This document shows positions 24,549-37,096 of a DNA stretch of 64,000 bases, piece by piece (position 1 is the first letter of the stretch; each line of letters begins with the position of its first letter). The position numbers were made by a program, and so were the translations under genes. The notes beneath the pieces are model-generated. The model had not been told where the DNA came from. It saw only the letters and a program-made list of their open reading frames with translations, and ran no database searches. Source of the DNA: Scyliorhinus canicula (Eukaryota); contig NC_052171.1 of assembly GCF_902713615.1 (NCBI RefSeq), positions 2,728,001 to 2,792,000 on the forward strand, given 5' to 3'.

Positions 24549-25770
24549 GAGGGGATCGGGAAGGTGCCGTTGCAATAGAATGCAAATGGGGATTGGCTAC
24601 CGGTAGCATATTCCTCGAGGGCATGACGGGGACAGAGCACGAGCATAGATATGTACAAATCGAAAAAGAATGCCTGGGACTTGTTTCGAGGCTTGGAAAA
24701 GGTTCACGATTACATGTATGGGCTTCTGACATTTTTGGTTGAGACGCCTCACAGGCAACAAGAACCTATGCCAGATGTCCCCACGGATACAATGGCTCAT
24801 GAAGCTTCAGAGGTATGATTTCAACTTGATCTACACACCAGGCAAATTTCTGGCTGTCGCTGGCACACTCTTAAGGGTGGTGTCCATAAATTAAGTCTGT
24901 CCAGTGGGGGTGGGTACATCTCAACATGGAGGCTGATATCGGATGAGAAATATGAGTTTTGGCGGTTATTTCTAATGTTTGGCTTTTGTAAATTGTATTT
25001 GGTTGGCACAGATTTGTTTATTTTGTATTGTATAAAATGAAAAACCTAAAAACATTTTCAGAAAAAGTACTGGTGGTATAAATTGAATGAGAATGAACCA
25101 TTTCACTGGCTACATTTGTGCTGAATAAAACAAAAGCACCTTTAACTGTAATAAATTTATTAACATTGTTTAGCTCTCTTAATACCTGCTCAAGTTAAGC
25201 TAGTGAACTGCTGAGCCGTACAAAACAGGAGCGTATCTGGTGAATCTGTGGTTTATGTTGAGTTGGTTGATAGAGCAGCAGTAGGAATTTTACAATGTCA
25301 TTTTGCTGCAAATGTGTCTAGGAACCCATTGGCTGAGGTTATGTTAGAGGTTGGATTCAAATGGTGCTGAATAGTTTGCCAACACTTGTTAAGAGTCACT
25401 CGGTCAAGCTACCAGAAACCATTTTGTTTTTACAAACGTTTTTCGGACAGTTATGATTTTAGAAAACTCTTGACTTTGCATCGAGAAGCTTTGTTTCATT
25501 TTTGCTCAGACCAGCAAGATAATTTGTTCCCAGAGTCTTTAATGAAAACAGTTCAAGCAGTTTATTTTTGCTCAGACGTAAAATAGAAAAAAACTGCAAG
25601 TATACCTGGGTTTGCCAATCAGAGAAAAATTAGTTACTCTTTGAAATATTGGCAGTTATTGATATCTAGTTCTTGCTCCACGTTGTGTCTTAGACACTGA
25701 ACATGGCAAAATTGTCCCATCGTTTGGAACTAAGTTTAAATTTGTTCAAGTTTACTGTTTCTCTTTTCAG

Positions 25771-25951
25771 TGAATCTGTTACACATGTTGTGTCTGAGAA
25801 TAACTCTGGAGATGAAGTGTTGGAATTGCTGGAGAAACAGAATGGAATTTGCAGAACTGAATTCAAAGCAGCCTTGGTAGATATCACTTGGTTCACTGAG
25901 AGCATGGGAGCAGGCAAACCCTTGCAACTGGAAAATCGCCATCGGCTTCAG
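25771..25951 (+). CDS. POLM: POLM exon 2 (BRCT C-half)
   Basis: ttttcag acceptor; (S)ESVTHVVSENNSGDEV...LVDITWFTESMGAGKPLQLENRHRLQ; GT donor at 25952. Confidence 0.95.
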
Positions 25952-26639
25952 GTATTTTACTGCAGATCTTGTGAGAGAGTGCTCTTGATAAATAAGTGCA
26001 GTTTTTCTCTTGGGGTGGGGGGTGGTGGGGGGGGGGGAGTGGAATATCTAAGAACTCATCTGAAATGTCATTGATTTGTGCTGTGGTCCTGTGCCAGACA
26101 GGGAGCCATGAGATTTTATTCCTGGTCCACACTGACTAATGTTAATTGGACAGTAATTGGGTGCCAAAATTGCTTTCTGCCCTTGGAAAATATCCGTGCC
26201 TATGAATGACTTAATGGCAAGGTTGTCTGCCTGTGATTTCTCCCTTCTGTTGTAAAATAATTTGCTGACACTCCCTGTGGACCCATAGCTGCACCTTTAG
26301 GAGAGAAAGTGGAGAAAAAATTGTGCGACTAAGGGAAAGTCAAATACATAAAGAATTAGAAAAATCCAATAATCAGAATCCGAAAAGTCAGAGTTTTGTG
26401 TAATTTAAATATCTACAACCATTTGAAATGCTAAACATATATTCAGAAGAGCGCTATTAAATATTTGCAGGTCACATCAATGTGATACACTGCATGGTGT
26501 TTTCTGAAATTATAAATTCATTCCTTTCCCAGTAACTTTGAGCAGAGATGTCTCTTGGCTTGTGAGATCCATTGCAATATTTCGGGATCATAAGAAATTG
26601 GAGCAGGTGTCGACCATTTGCCCCATTGAGTCTGCTCTT

Positions 26640-27293
26640 TGTGACAACTGGAAGACTTCATGAATATTGAATTCGAAGTATTGGGCAATTTAAAGGTTAA
26701 AAACCTGGGGTTCGAGTGTGTTTGACTGCAGTGGTCATGCTTTTGCAGGGCCTGGGTACTTTTAGCAGCTGGAAGGTGAAATTGACAAAAGAATACGGTT
26801 TACAAAAGAATACGGTCGAGACTAATGAACTGTGGTTTGACTGGGAAGGTCCCAGGGGGAGTTAATGAGCTTTGCAGCCTGCAGAGATAACTTGTTTTTC
26901 TGCTTGAGGAGATGAATTCATTGCTAGCTGGAATTGCGAGAGACATTTTGCGAAGCTTTCGAGAGGCAGCTTTTTGGAGAAGCTTTGGAGGGAGGAGTTG
27001 AATTCTGATCTACCCAAAGCTGAATCCACAATTCTCCCACAGTAAGATATATTGAGCGTTGAATGTTTCTTTTCTGTTGTTTAATGGGAAATTGAGTAGT
27101 AGTGTTAAATTGTAAGCTGTTCTTTTTGGGTGAGAAGTTATAGTTTTGTTTTAAAAATACCAAAGCCCTATTCATGCAATTACTCCTGGAGTGAATTATT
27201 ATTCTTTGCGCAGTCTTCCAAGTAAACTAAAATATTGGGGTTTCGTTTCAGTTTCCTAGCCAATGGCAGTGTCTGGTCTGGGTCTATTATATC
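26640..27293 (+). mobile_element. LTR-like insertion splitting a CR1 tail remnant
   Basis: Starts TGTGAC; flanks rejoin as a CR1-type tail; no clean TSD. Confidence 0.5.
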
Positions 27294-27685
27294 TGCCAAT
27301 CAGTGAGATCATGGCTGATCTGGTTGTGACCTTAACTCCGCTTTCCTGTATGTTCCCCATAAACCTTAACTACCTTATCAATCAATAATTTGTCGAACTC
27401 AGGTTTGAATATATTCAATAACTCGGCCTCCTTTGCTCTGGGGTTGACTGCTCCAAATGTTAACAACCCTCAAAAGTAGAAATTCCTCCTCATCTCCACC
27501 TTTAAGTGGGAGCCCCCTTATTTTTAAACTGTGTATCATTCTAGATTCTCCCATGAGGAGGAACATTCAGCATCGACTCTGTCAAGCCCCCTCAGAAACT
27601 TGCAAATTTCATCAGATCACCTTTCATTCTTCTAAACTCCAATGAGTATCGACCCTACCTGCTCATAAGACAACCCATCATCATG

Positions 27686-27849
27686 GGCTGGTTTAGCACT
27701 GTGGGCTAAATGGCTGGCTTGCCAAGCAGAACAATTCAGGTTCAATTCCCATACTGACCTCCCCGAACAGGTGCCAGAATATGGCTACTAGGGGCTTTTC
27801 ACAGTAACTTCATTGAAGCCTACTTGTGACAATAAGCGATTATTATTAT
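27686..27849 (+). mobile_element. Family-2 SINE
   Basis: GGGCTGGTTTAGCAC head, family-2 tail, (ATT)n. Confidence 0.78.
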
Positions 27850-28698
27850 CTCAGCAGTCAACTTTGTAAAACATTGCTAAATGTTTTCTAATGCAAGTAT
27901 ATCCTTCCTAAGTGTGGAAACCAAAACTGTAGATATGGGGCATTCTCACCAATGCCCTGTAGCAATACTTCCTTCCATAAATACACCATCCCTGTTTCAA
28001 TAAAGGCCAACATTCCTTTTGCCTTGTTGCTTGCTTGCTTCCTGTATCTGCATACTAATCTTTTGAGTCTCCAAATAGTGACTGAGACATACAGATGGGC
28101 AGTGTTCCAAATGCAGGACATGCAAAATTGTTATGTTTTAAAATGAGTCTTCCAACTTATGGTCAATCATCAAGTTTTTGATACGGATGATGTGATTGAA
28201 CTAATTCATATTGGATCCAGGATTGTGTGATCTGCAACTTAAATCTGTTGAAAATCAGTTTTCACAACTTGACACGAGTGGTGGAACCAAGTCTTGGGGA
28301 TGCTGAATGTGAGCTGTGATATTGCTGAAGTCGAAACAAATAGACAGCTTGCAAATTAAAACAACTGGTCAGCTTCAAACCACTTGTCTGCCAAAAGCCG
28401 CTCAAAAGGACGGTTAACTGCGGTCACGTTGGAAAAATCTCTTCAGTGTTCCTTAGTCTGCGTTTCCTGGTGAACATGCCTCGCTGAGGAGGCAAATTTC
28501 TAATTTTGCACAAAGTGTTTCCAGTCTGTTATCAAAGGCATGTCATTGTAAAGCTATCTCAGTCACAGGGAGACCACACTTAGTAACTGTTGCATCATTA
28601 ATTAATGGCTGCTTTGATTCTCATTTGTTGGAGTAATAAGGTGTTCTTGTACTTGATTGACATTTGTCAAAACACTTCCCACGTATATTTGATTTTAG

Positions 28699-28797
28699 GT
28701 CAAGAGAGTTGCTGCTGCTGGTACCATTGCGGTTCCTGTTTCATCACACGCCTGTCAAAGGAGAACCACACTGAACAATAGGAACAGATTATTTACG
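28699..28797 (+). CDS. POLM: POLM exon 3
   Basis: ttttag acceptor; VKRVAAAGTIAVPVSSHACQRRTTLNNRNRLFT; GTAATA donor. Confidence 0.93.
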
Positions 28798-28874
28798 GTA
28801 ATAACCTTAGACAGCCCTCCTTTAAGTTCCCCAAATCTCAAGAATACATTCTAATGATTATTATGAAAGATGTA

Positions 28875-29208
28875 GGGCGGGATTCTCCCGCAAATGGCCT
28901 GATGGCCCGATGCCGGCGCCAAGAGCGGCGCGAACCACTCCAGCGTTGGGGCGCCCGGAAGTTGCAAAATCCTCCGTACTTCCGGGGGCTAGGCCGGTGC
29001 TGGCGGGATTGTCGCTGTGCCAATCGGCGCTGAAGGGCCGGTGCGAGTTGGCGCATGCACGGAACTGCTGGCATATTCATGCACGTAGGTTTCTTCCCCG
29101 CGCCGGCCATGGCGGAGCCCTACAGAGGCCGGCATGGAGGGAAAGAGTGCCCCCAATGGCACAGGCCCGCCCGCAGATGGGTAGGCCCTGATTGCTGGCC
29201 AGGCCACC

Positions 29209-29240
<32 letters not shown>

Positions 29241-29481
29241 GAGGACTCTGGCAGACTGTCTCCCAGCCAGGTTATGCCGTGATGGACCATGTCCATTTCA
29301 GGAAAACGTGCGGCCGCACGTCCCATCAGGGCCCAGAGAATTGCCGGGGGAGGCGCTGTCAATGGCCCCCGACTAGTGTGGCATGAACTCCGCCCCCGCC
29401 CGAAAGCCAGCAGAGCGGGATTCCCCCCCCCCCCCCCCCCGGTGATTCTCCGACTCAGCAGGGGTTCTGAGAATCCCGCCC
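28875..29481. mobile_element. Complete non-autonomous Harbinger-type MITE (607 bp)
   Basis: Perfect 13-bp TIRs GGGCGGGATTCTC (28875-28887) and GAGAATCCCGCCC (29469-29481); 3-bp TSD GTA on both sides; GC-rich interior. Confidence 0.88.
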
Positions 29482-29491
29482 GTAGAGTTGA

Positions 29492-29630
29492 GGATGGCAC
29501 GGTGGTGCAGTGGTTAGCACTGCAGCTTACGACGCTGAGGACCCGGGTTCGACCCAAAGATGGGCAGGTTGGATTGGCCATGCTAAATTGTCCCTTAATT
29601 AGAAAAAAACCCTCTAAATTTAAAAAAAAT
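29492..29630 (+). mobile_element. Internally deleted HE1-like SINE
   Basis: tRNA head joined almost directly to the short A-rich tail. Confidence 0.7.
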
Positions 29631-30121
29631 GAAAGATGTGGAGTTGAGACCCTCTGTCATGCCCAGACTGATGACCTCTTGTGCCTCGAGCTGAGGTGAG
29701 AGGCATAATCGGTTCTATTTACTGCATATATTCACTACCTGATGAGCGTGTTGGAAAATGCATTTATGGAGAAGTCAGTTGAGAACAGGGTTGGGACATG
29801 ACTGTGAGGACTTGCACCATTCTATACTCTGCTGACACATGCTGTCTGGTCTCAGATGTGATGAATGGATACTTCAGTAGGAGAGAAAAAAGAACATTCC
29901 TGGCTTAAGGCTCAAAATGTATGAAAAGCAAGATAGGATAATTGTGATTATTTTAAAAATCTATGTAAAGCAAGATACAATAATTGTGATTATTTTTAAA
30001 ATTTTGAAGAAGAGTTTGTAGTGTTTACAATTAATGGCAAGTGGGTCTCTTGAAATGCATACACCAAACTGGACTGATCCAAATACATTAAGTTGAGATT
30101 ACTTGTCTTGATTTTGCCTAG

Positions 30122-30301
<180 letters not shown>

Positions 30302-30435
30302 TGACACGTTTTTACTGCAGACTGAAGCTTTCTCTTGGGTAACCATGAGAACATCGTTTATTACATACTGCTGGGTTTATGTTATTGATATTGATGCAGC
30401 ACTTTAAATTAAAAACATGAGTTTCCTTGTTGCAG

Positions 30436-30507
30436 GAAATCCTTGAAGGTGGAACCTGCAATGAAGTTCAGAATTTGATCCAAAATGAGAGATACCAAAC
30501 ACTAATG
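30436..30507 (+). CDS. POLM: POLM exon 5
   Basis: EILEGGTCNEVQNLIQNERYQTLM; tgcag acceptor, GTAAGC donor. Confidence 0.95.
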
Positions 30508-31026
30508 GTAAGCGGTCGTGTCAGGTGAATTTTGCTGAACATGTGAAATGAACTGAAAAGTTGACGTGGCAGGATTCAAACTTAGTGTCAGAAAATGGAT
30601 GAGGGAATCTGCTGAACCTGACCATAGTGGAAAGTGATTGTCTTCTATCAAAGTAATGGTAACAAACAATTTCCATGCTACATGAACCTATTGGATGTAA
30701 TCTCAAGAAGTATTGCCAATTTCGGTCTGAGCAATGGAGCTTGTGTTATTTAAAATATTTGATGCTGAGTTAGACAGATTTTTAATCAACAATGGAGTCA
30801 ATATTTATGGGGCAGGTGGTCAAGAAAGTGGAGTTGAGGCTGCAAACTTGCAAATCAGGCCTGCTATGTTTTCTTCCAAGTCATTTATATATCTTACAAA
30901 GAGCAGATGTCCCAGAACTGATCCCTGCAGAACACCACTAGTTACACCTCCATTCGGAAACACACCCTTCCACTGTTACTCTCTGTCTTCTAATGGCCAA
31001 GCCAGTTCTGGATTAATCCAGCTAGT

Positions 31027-31840
31027 TCATGGCTGACCCCACACCGTGTACCTTCCCGGTGCCAGCGGAAGCGATGCTGTCACCATGGTCCTCAGGCTGG
31101 ACCTTTTACAGGACTCCTCCTCCATCTTCACCCACTCTAACTTCTCTCCTTCCCACCACCGTCTCACCTTCTCCACATTCGCTGCCCAGTAATAGTGCAG
31201 CAGGTTTGGTAGCGCCAAACCTGCTGCACTTTCTGCCTCTGTTACAGGCCCCTCTTTACCCTTGGTACCTTCCCCGCCCATATAAACTCCCAGATCGCTG
31301 CATCAATTTCCAGAAAAAGGCCTTGGGGATAAAGATCAGGATGGTCTGGAGTACAAATAGGAACCTTGGCAACACATTCATCTTAACCTCCTGGACCCTC
31401 CGCACCAGTGTCAGTTTCAGCGTATCCCACCTCCTAAAATACCCCGAACCTCCTCCACCAACGTTGTCAGGTTCCACTTGCGCATTGTCGACAACTCCCC
31501 TATCACCTGGACCCCAGATACATGAACCTGTCCCTGGCTATCCTAATAGCGACACCCCCAGATTGGCTCCCTGATCCACCGCATTCACCGGAAACACTTA
31601 TCTCTTTCCGATATTGAACTTCTAACCCAAGAAGGCCCCGAACCTCTCCAGTATGCCCATAATCTCCCCATACTCTCCAGCAGGTCGACGCGAACAGCAA
31701 CAGGTCGTCTGCGTACAGCGACACCTAGTGTTCCTGACTCCCCGCATGTGTCTCCTCAAGAAAACCACATCCGCCTTCAAACTCTTTAGTTGGGCAAATA
31801 CCCTGGACCTTTTTAACTGGCCCATTAAACTCCCTCACAT
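31027..31840 (-). mobile_element. L1/Tx1-type ORF2 fragment with internal deletions
   Basis: LKRSRVFAQLKSLKADVVF joined to SLYADDLLL, then VKMNVLPRFLF, NLLHYYWAAN. Confidence 0.82.
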
Positions 31841-31844
31841 TCCA

Positions 31845-32470
31845 TGTAACCAACCTGATTGGGTGTTTGATAGGACTTCATTAATTGAGGCCCAGGAGGC
31901 AAATCCAGAGATGCGTAGATGAGGACAGTCAGCTCTCTCAGAAGTTGAGGCTGAGGGGGTTCCAGAGTGCTATTGCATTAAGATGCGAGTTCTGATGAGC
32001 AAGTAGAGACATCCTCAAGACCTGCGGACGAAGAATGGACGGTTGTTCATCAGATGATGGTCCTGCCCAAATATCGCAGGGAAGTCCATGAGATACCAGT
32101 GGCAGGACATGTAGGAGTTAGGAAATCCCGGGCATCAATCAACAGGCATTTTTCCTGGCCACGACAGCATGAGGATGTAATGCAATTCTGTACGACCTGT
32201 CATACCTGTCAGGTAATAGATAAACCACAACATGTGACTAAACCAGCAACTTTAATACTCATACCAGTGTTTGAAGAACCATTTAGTTGGGTACTAATAG
32301 ATTGCGTAGGACTGATGCCTAAAACGAAGGCAGGACATCAGTACATTCTTTTGGTAATTGTGGAAACGCTGACAGTTTTTCACACGCTTTGGCCTACCCT
32401 TAGACCCAGGGTTCTAACTTCATGTCTAAAATTTTCCAGGACATAATTTGTAGTTTGGGTATCAAACAGT
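31845..32470 (+). mobile_element. Gypsy (Gmr1-like) integrase fragment
   Basis: HHCC zinc domain HEIPVAGHVGVRK..CTTCHTCQV..PFSWVLIDCVG (ORF 32054-32446). Confidence 0.85.
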
Positions 32471-32698
32471 TAAAATCAATCACCCATCATAAACCACACA
32501 CTAGCCCAGGGTGTAGTAGCACTGTGTTTAACTAGTCTCTCTCTCTCCTGGAGAGATATGCCTATTACCCTTTTAGACTGTAGCTAATTACTTTTATTTG
32601 AAAGTAGCAATACTTTTCAGTAGAACTATCCTTCTGCTTGTGTTTCTATAAACAGTGGGTCAGTAACTGGTATGTCATCCTTTTTACTGGTTTCGTAG

Positions 32699-32842
<144 letters not shown>

Positions 32843-32922
32843 TAAGGATAATTTAACATGCTGCCTTTTAGGGCTTGCGTTTCTCAAGGTCAGAAGGGAA
32901 GAAAAAGTTAATTTAACCCAAA

Positions 32923-33121
32923 GGGGCTGGTTTAGCTCACTGAGCTAAATCGTTGGCTTTTAAAGCAGACCAAGCAGGCCAGCAGCATGGTTCGATTCCC
33001 GTACCAACCTCCCCAGACAGGCGCCGGAATGTGGCGACTAGGGACTTTTCACAGTAACTTCATTGAAGTCTACTCGTGACAATAAGCCATTTTCATTTTC
33101 ATTTCATTTCATTTCATTTCA
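32923..33121 (+). mobile_element. Family-2 SINE with (ATTTC)n tail
   Basis: Near-identical to 7658-7836. Confidence 0.85.
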
Positions 33122-35902
33122 ATTGGGAGATTTGATAAGTTAATTCTCCTGCAACACATTTTACTGAATTTAAGTTTTTCACTTGTGAATTATTTCTATT
33201 TTATTGCACCTGTCATTTGAGATCATGGCACATTTTGTCTTCTCACCTAATTTTTACATTTTTACTCTTTCTCGGAATGAGTGGCCTTTGTGAGAATACA
33301 GTTGAGTGGATACCAACAGTGCTTTGTTAGCCTATGTCTAGTCTTAAACTTAAATGTGAGTGTTAGTTTGCCATTATTTGTCACAGCCATCATTATTATT
33401 CTCTTGTTCACAAATTTCACTGGGACGGAGTTGATCATGAACTTTCACTTTTAGATAGTGTCTTCAATCAATTGAAATTTTAAGGTGTTTTTCTGAGGGG
33501 GGGAAAAAAAACAGAAATTGACCAAATTGGAAGATTGTTTCTTTGAAATCATGTAAAAATTATGTCTTTGATGTAGATTTTGATTCACTTTTTGAAAGTG
33601 GGAGAGATGGTGCAAGCTAGTGGATCCTAAAGTTAACTGGAAATACTATCACCCACGTGGGATGGAGGAGTGGGGTGGGACACCTAGATGGGGTTACAGA
33701 AGTAAGTTTAAATGAGCTATGGAATTTATTGTCCAAAACCAGGATTTTTAAATAATAGCTTTATGGAATAGGGAACCATCAAATGTAATCAAGGACTAGG
33801 GTGATTGCAGCGACTTATTGTGGTGTCCTAAATATTATCACAATTAAATGTGACTAGCTGAGCATATCTGGTAATTGAAACGTGAAATATTCTGGCCTTG
33901 TATGTCTCTTGAACTGCACAAGATGAACCCTTTCACCTTGGACTATCAGTCATTTAACTAAATTGCCAGAGTCCCACTTACTTTGCATTCAGAGACTATT
34001 CTGAAAGAGGCAGCAACAATAACTACATTTTTGCAGAACGTTAAATTGGAAAATGTCCCAACTAAGGAATCCTGACCAAGAACTTTCAGTGTGGATCATT
34101 TCATATTTTGGAAGAGAGTTGTTATCAGCTGTTAAGTTTTGCCTGAATTTTTAGAGCTGCTTCATAGATGTTTAATTGGGCAGAATTGAGTCGGAGTCAA
34201 AGAAGGTGGCATTAGGAGGAATAAATAAAGCTTAATGAAGGTTTCAAGAAACGTCTTAAGAGGACAGAGATTCGAGGCAGAGAGGTTCAAGAAGGGTTTC
34301 CTGACACAGGGTCCAGATATCTGAAGCCATAAATAGCAATGATGTAGCAAAGGGAGTGGGGAATGCACAAGAGATCAGAATGCAAAGTCCTCAGAGGACG
34401 GGGTCAGAGATAGAAAGTGTCATGGTTATGAAAGATTGAAACACAAATTATAAATTCAAGAGGGTGGGGGATTTGAGTTTTGAAGTAAAGGTGGATAAAG
34501 GCATGTAACAAAATTCTGCAATATTGCGTGCTTTACCACAATAATGAGAATGCTCTGTAATGAAACTGTAACCTTTGATGCTGCCAAGCAACCATATAGG
34601 TTAGTAGCATTTAAAAAATCTGTTTATGGGATATGGGCGTCGCAGGCTATGTGATAGAAATTGGATTTCTAGTTAGCTGTAGATGATATAGGTAAAAGGT
34701 TTAATTGAGAATTCACTAAGAATAATTAACTAAATCATATTAACCATGAGAGTAAGGGAAGCCGACTAGCTGGGTACATTTTGCAAGTTGTCTGAGACTT
34801 TCTTAAGTTTATAAGAACAGTGACGTCAATTGGCAAAAAGGCCCCATTGTGTGAAAGAATGGGCGGTTCCATTCTATGGTAACAACAAGTCTAGGGTGAT
34901 AAGTCCTGGCAAACAAAGTGTTTTTCTCAAGCGATGGAATGGGAAATTCACACCAATATCACACCAATATATTTAAATACATATCTCTCTTAAATTGACG
35001 GACAGTTTGGCCGAATTGAGTGAATTTAAATTAATTAAAGCCAATCACAGCTGGAAAGAAGGCGAGATAAAGATAATAATCTCCTTAAGAATCACTTGTC
35101 GGGATAGAAAACTCCATTCCAGAATCAATCTATCTCTTTTTGAAACTTATTTTCTTTGCTTGCTTTTGCTAAATCTCCATCTTTCTTTTGTTTAAATCAC
35201 TCAGTCATTTTATGCTGTGTATTATGATTTGAAGAATAACCACTATTTGTAATTGAATGAAAACTCAACTACTGTATTCGCTGAAGACAATCAATCTGAC
35301 CTAATTTTGTATTGACAAATAAAGTTTACCAGTGGCACAAGCTGACAAATAAAGTTCAACTGATCTTTGCCAAAAAGCACAGACTTGACTTCTGTTATTT
35401 GGGAACTAAGAAGAGATAACGGATATCTAGGGTTCTGAATAGACACAGATCCACCACTGTGCCAGCATTTATTGCACATACCTAATGTCCTTGGAAGGGG
35501 CAGTTAAGAGTTCACCACATGACGGTGGTTTTGAGTCACATGTAGGCCAGACCAGGTAAAGCCAGCAGGTTTCCTTCCCGAAAGGACATTTGTGAACCAG
35601 ATGGGTTTTTATGACAGTTGACAATGGTTTCATTGTCATCTGGACTTTTAATTCCAGATTTTTATTGAATTCAAATTTCACCATCTGTAGTGGCGAGATT
35701 TTAACCTCAATCCCCAGAGCATTACTCTAGGTTTCTGGTTTACTAGTCCAGCGACAATACCACTATGCCACCTCCTCCACCCCAAAAAGTCTTGTTGCAT
35801 GAAGGTCTTTCTGGTTTTGCTTGAAGAAAACTTGAACTAAATGTCATTTAAACATACTTTGAACTCCCAGTTTTAGAACTGAAGATCCCTTTTTTTTTAC
35901 AG

Positions 35903-36035
35903 GCCTGCTCTATTATGAAGACCTTATCCTACCAGTTACAAAGGTGGAGGCGGATTTGATCCAGCAAATTATTGAAGAAGCTGTACACCGATTTCTACCG
36001 TCTGCAGTTATAACATTAACTGGTGGCTTTCGAAG
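35903..36035 (+). CDS. POLM: POLM exon 7
   Basis: (G)LLYYEDLILPVTKVEADLIQQIIEEAVHRFLPSAVITLTGGFR(R); poly-T acag acceptor, GTTAGA donor. Confidence 0.95.
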
Positions 36036-36243
36036 GTTAGAGCACAAGATCCCTATATATATTTTGTTTTGTTAACCTCAGCTATTATTTATGTTAGCAG
36101 AGGGGGGTGAATTCATTCACAGAGGGTTGGCGAGACTGGGTCGTTCAGTATGTTCAAGGCTGAGATAGATAGACAGGTTTTTAATCGGGGAATCAAGGGT
36201 TAAGGGAATAAGGTGGGAAAGTGAATTTGAGGATTATTATCTG

Positions 36244-36570
36244 GGGTGGCCGAGTGGCACAGTGGTTAACACTGCTGCCTCACAGCTCCAGCGACCTTGG
36301 TTCAATTCCAGCCTTGGATGACTTTCTGTGTGGAGTTTGCACCTTCTCCCTGTATCTGCATGGGTTTCCTCTGGGTACTCCGGTTTCCTCCCACAGTCCA
36401 AAGATATGTAGTTGGGTGGATTGCCATTAGTGTCCAAAAGGTTAGAGATTGTTACTGGGTTACGGGCATAGGGTGGAGGTGTGGGCTTAAGTAGGGTGCT
36501 CATTCCAAGGATGGTGCAGATTCGATGAGCCAAGTGACCTCCTTCTGCACTGTAGGGATTCTATGATTAT
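36244..36570 (+). mobile_element. HE1-like SINE, long CR1-type tail
   Basis: Head, core, tail CCTTCTGCACTGTAGGGATTCTATGA. Confidence 0.8.
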
Positions 36571-36771
36571 ACCAGATCACTTATGATCCCATTGAATGGC
36601 AGAGCAGACGCGATGGGCCAAACAGCCTACTTTTCTTATGGTCTGAGCCTGAAACTACCTGAAAAGAAAAAATTGAACCTTTTTATCATTGTGAAAGCCA
36701 AGAGAAAGGCCCTTCAAGGACCAGATAAATCAAGAACTGTAATTGGATTCTTGCAAGGTGTGGTATTTTTT

Positions 36772-36986
36772 TTTTATATAGTGTACCCAATTACTTTTTT
36801 TCATATTAAGGGGCAATTTAGCATGGCCAATCCACCTACCCTGCACATCTTTGGGTTGGAGGGGCGAAACCCACTCAAGTGCTGGGAGAATGTGCAAACT
36901 CCACACTGACAGTGACCCAGAGCCGGGATCGAACCTGGGACCTCAGTGCCGTGAGGCAGCAATGCTAACCACTGCACCACCGTGCT
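36772..36986 (-). mobile_element. HE1-like SINE, short tail
   Basis: Reverse complement of the 13279-type element. Confidence 0.75.
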
Positions 36987-37096
36987 GCTCCCCTTTGTTT
37001 GATTTCTTGCCCACCATCATTCCATTTGCTCCTGTCAGACAAATTCTGCCTTTCAATCTCTCATCTTTTACACTATCACAGACCTTCCTTTGTCCT

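Larger units (their letters stand above)
21567..24900 (+). mobile_element. Decayed Ty3/Gypsy LTR retrotransposon (LTR remnant, gag, protease, RT, RNase H)
   Basis: MDGLMVPHQFQSLGNLDSNWPGFKQQFQLFL; MIRNQIIYGISDGKLREQLLKE; PTDWVNSMVRVKK..ICMDPKDL..IKREHYPIP; PFGIISASEIF; VYVDNII; YVQIEKECLGLV. Confidence 0.9.

Noticed and set aside
17142-25078. Decayed 15-bp TSD around the large intron-1 L1 (AAAATATTGGTTGCA vs AAAGTACTGGTGGTA)
   Set aside because: Only 11/15 identity in AT-rich sequence; too weak to count.
29212-29440. Long C/G homopolymers as G-quadruplex elements (also about 18960 and 59690)
   Set aside because: All lie inside TEs, and homopolymer lengths are unreliable in assemblies.
29925-30003. 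Diverged duplication of about 42 bp upstream of exon 4, and other short duplications (about 26790, 34950, 60440)
   Set aside because: Ordinary slippage products with no link to splice signals.
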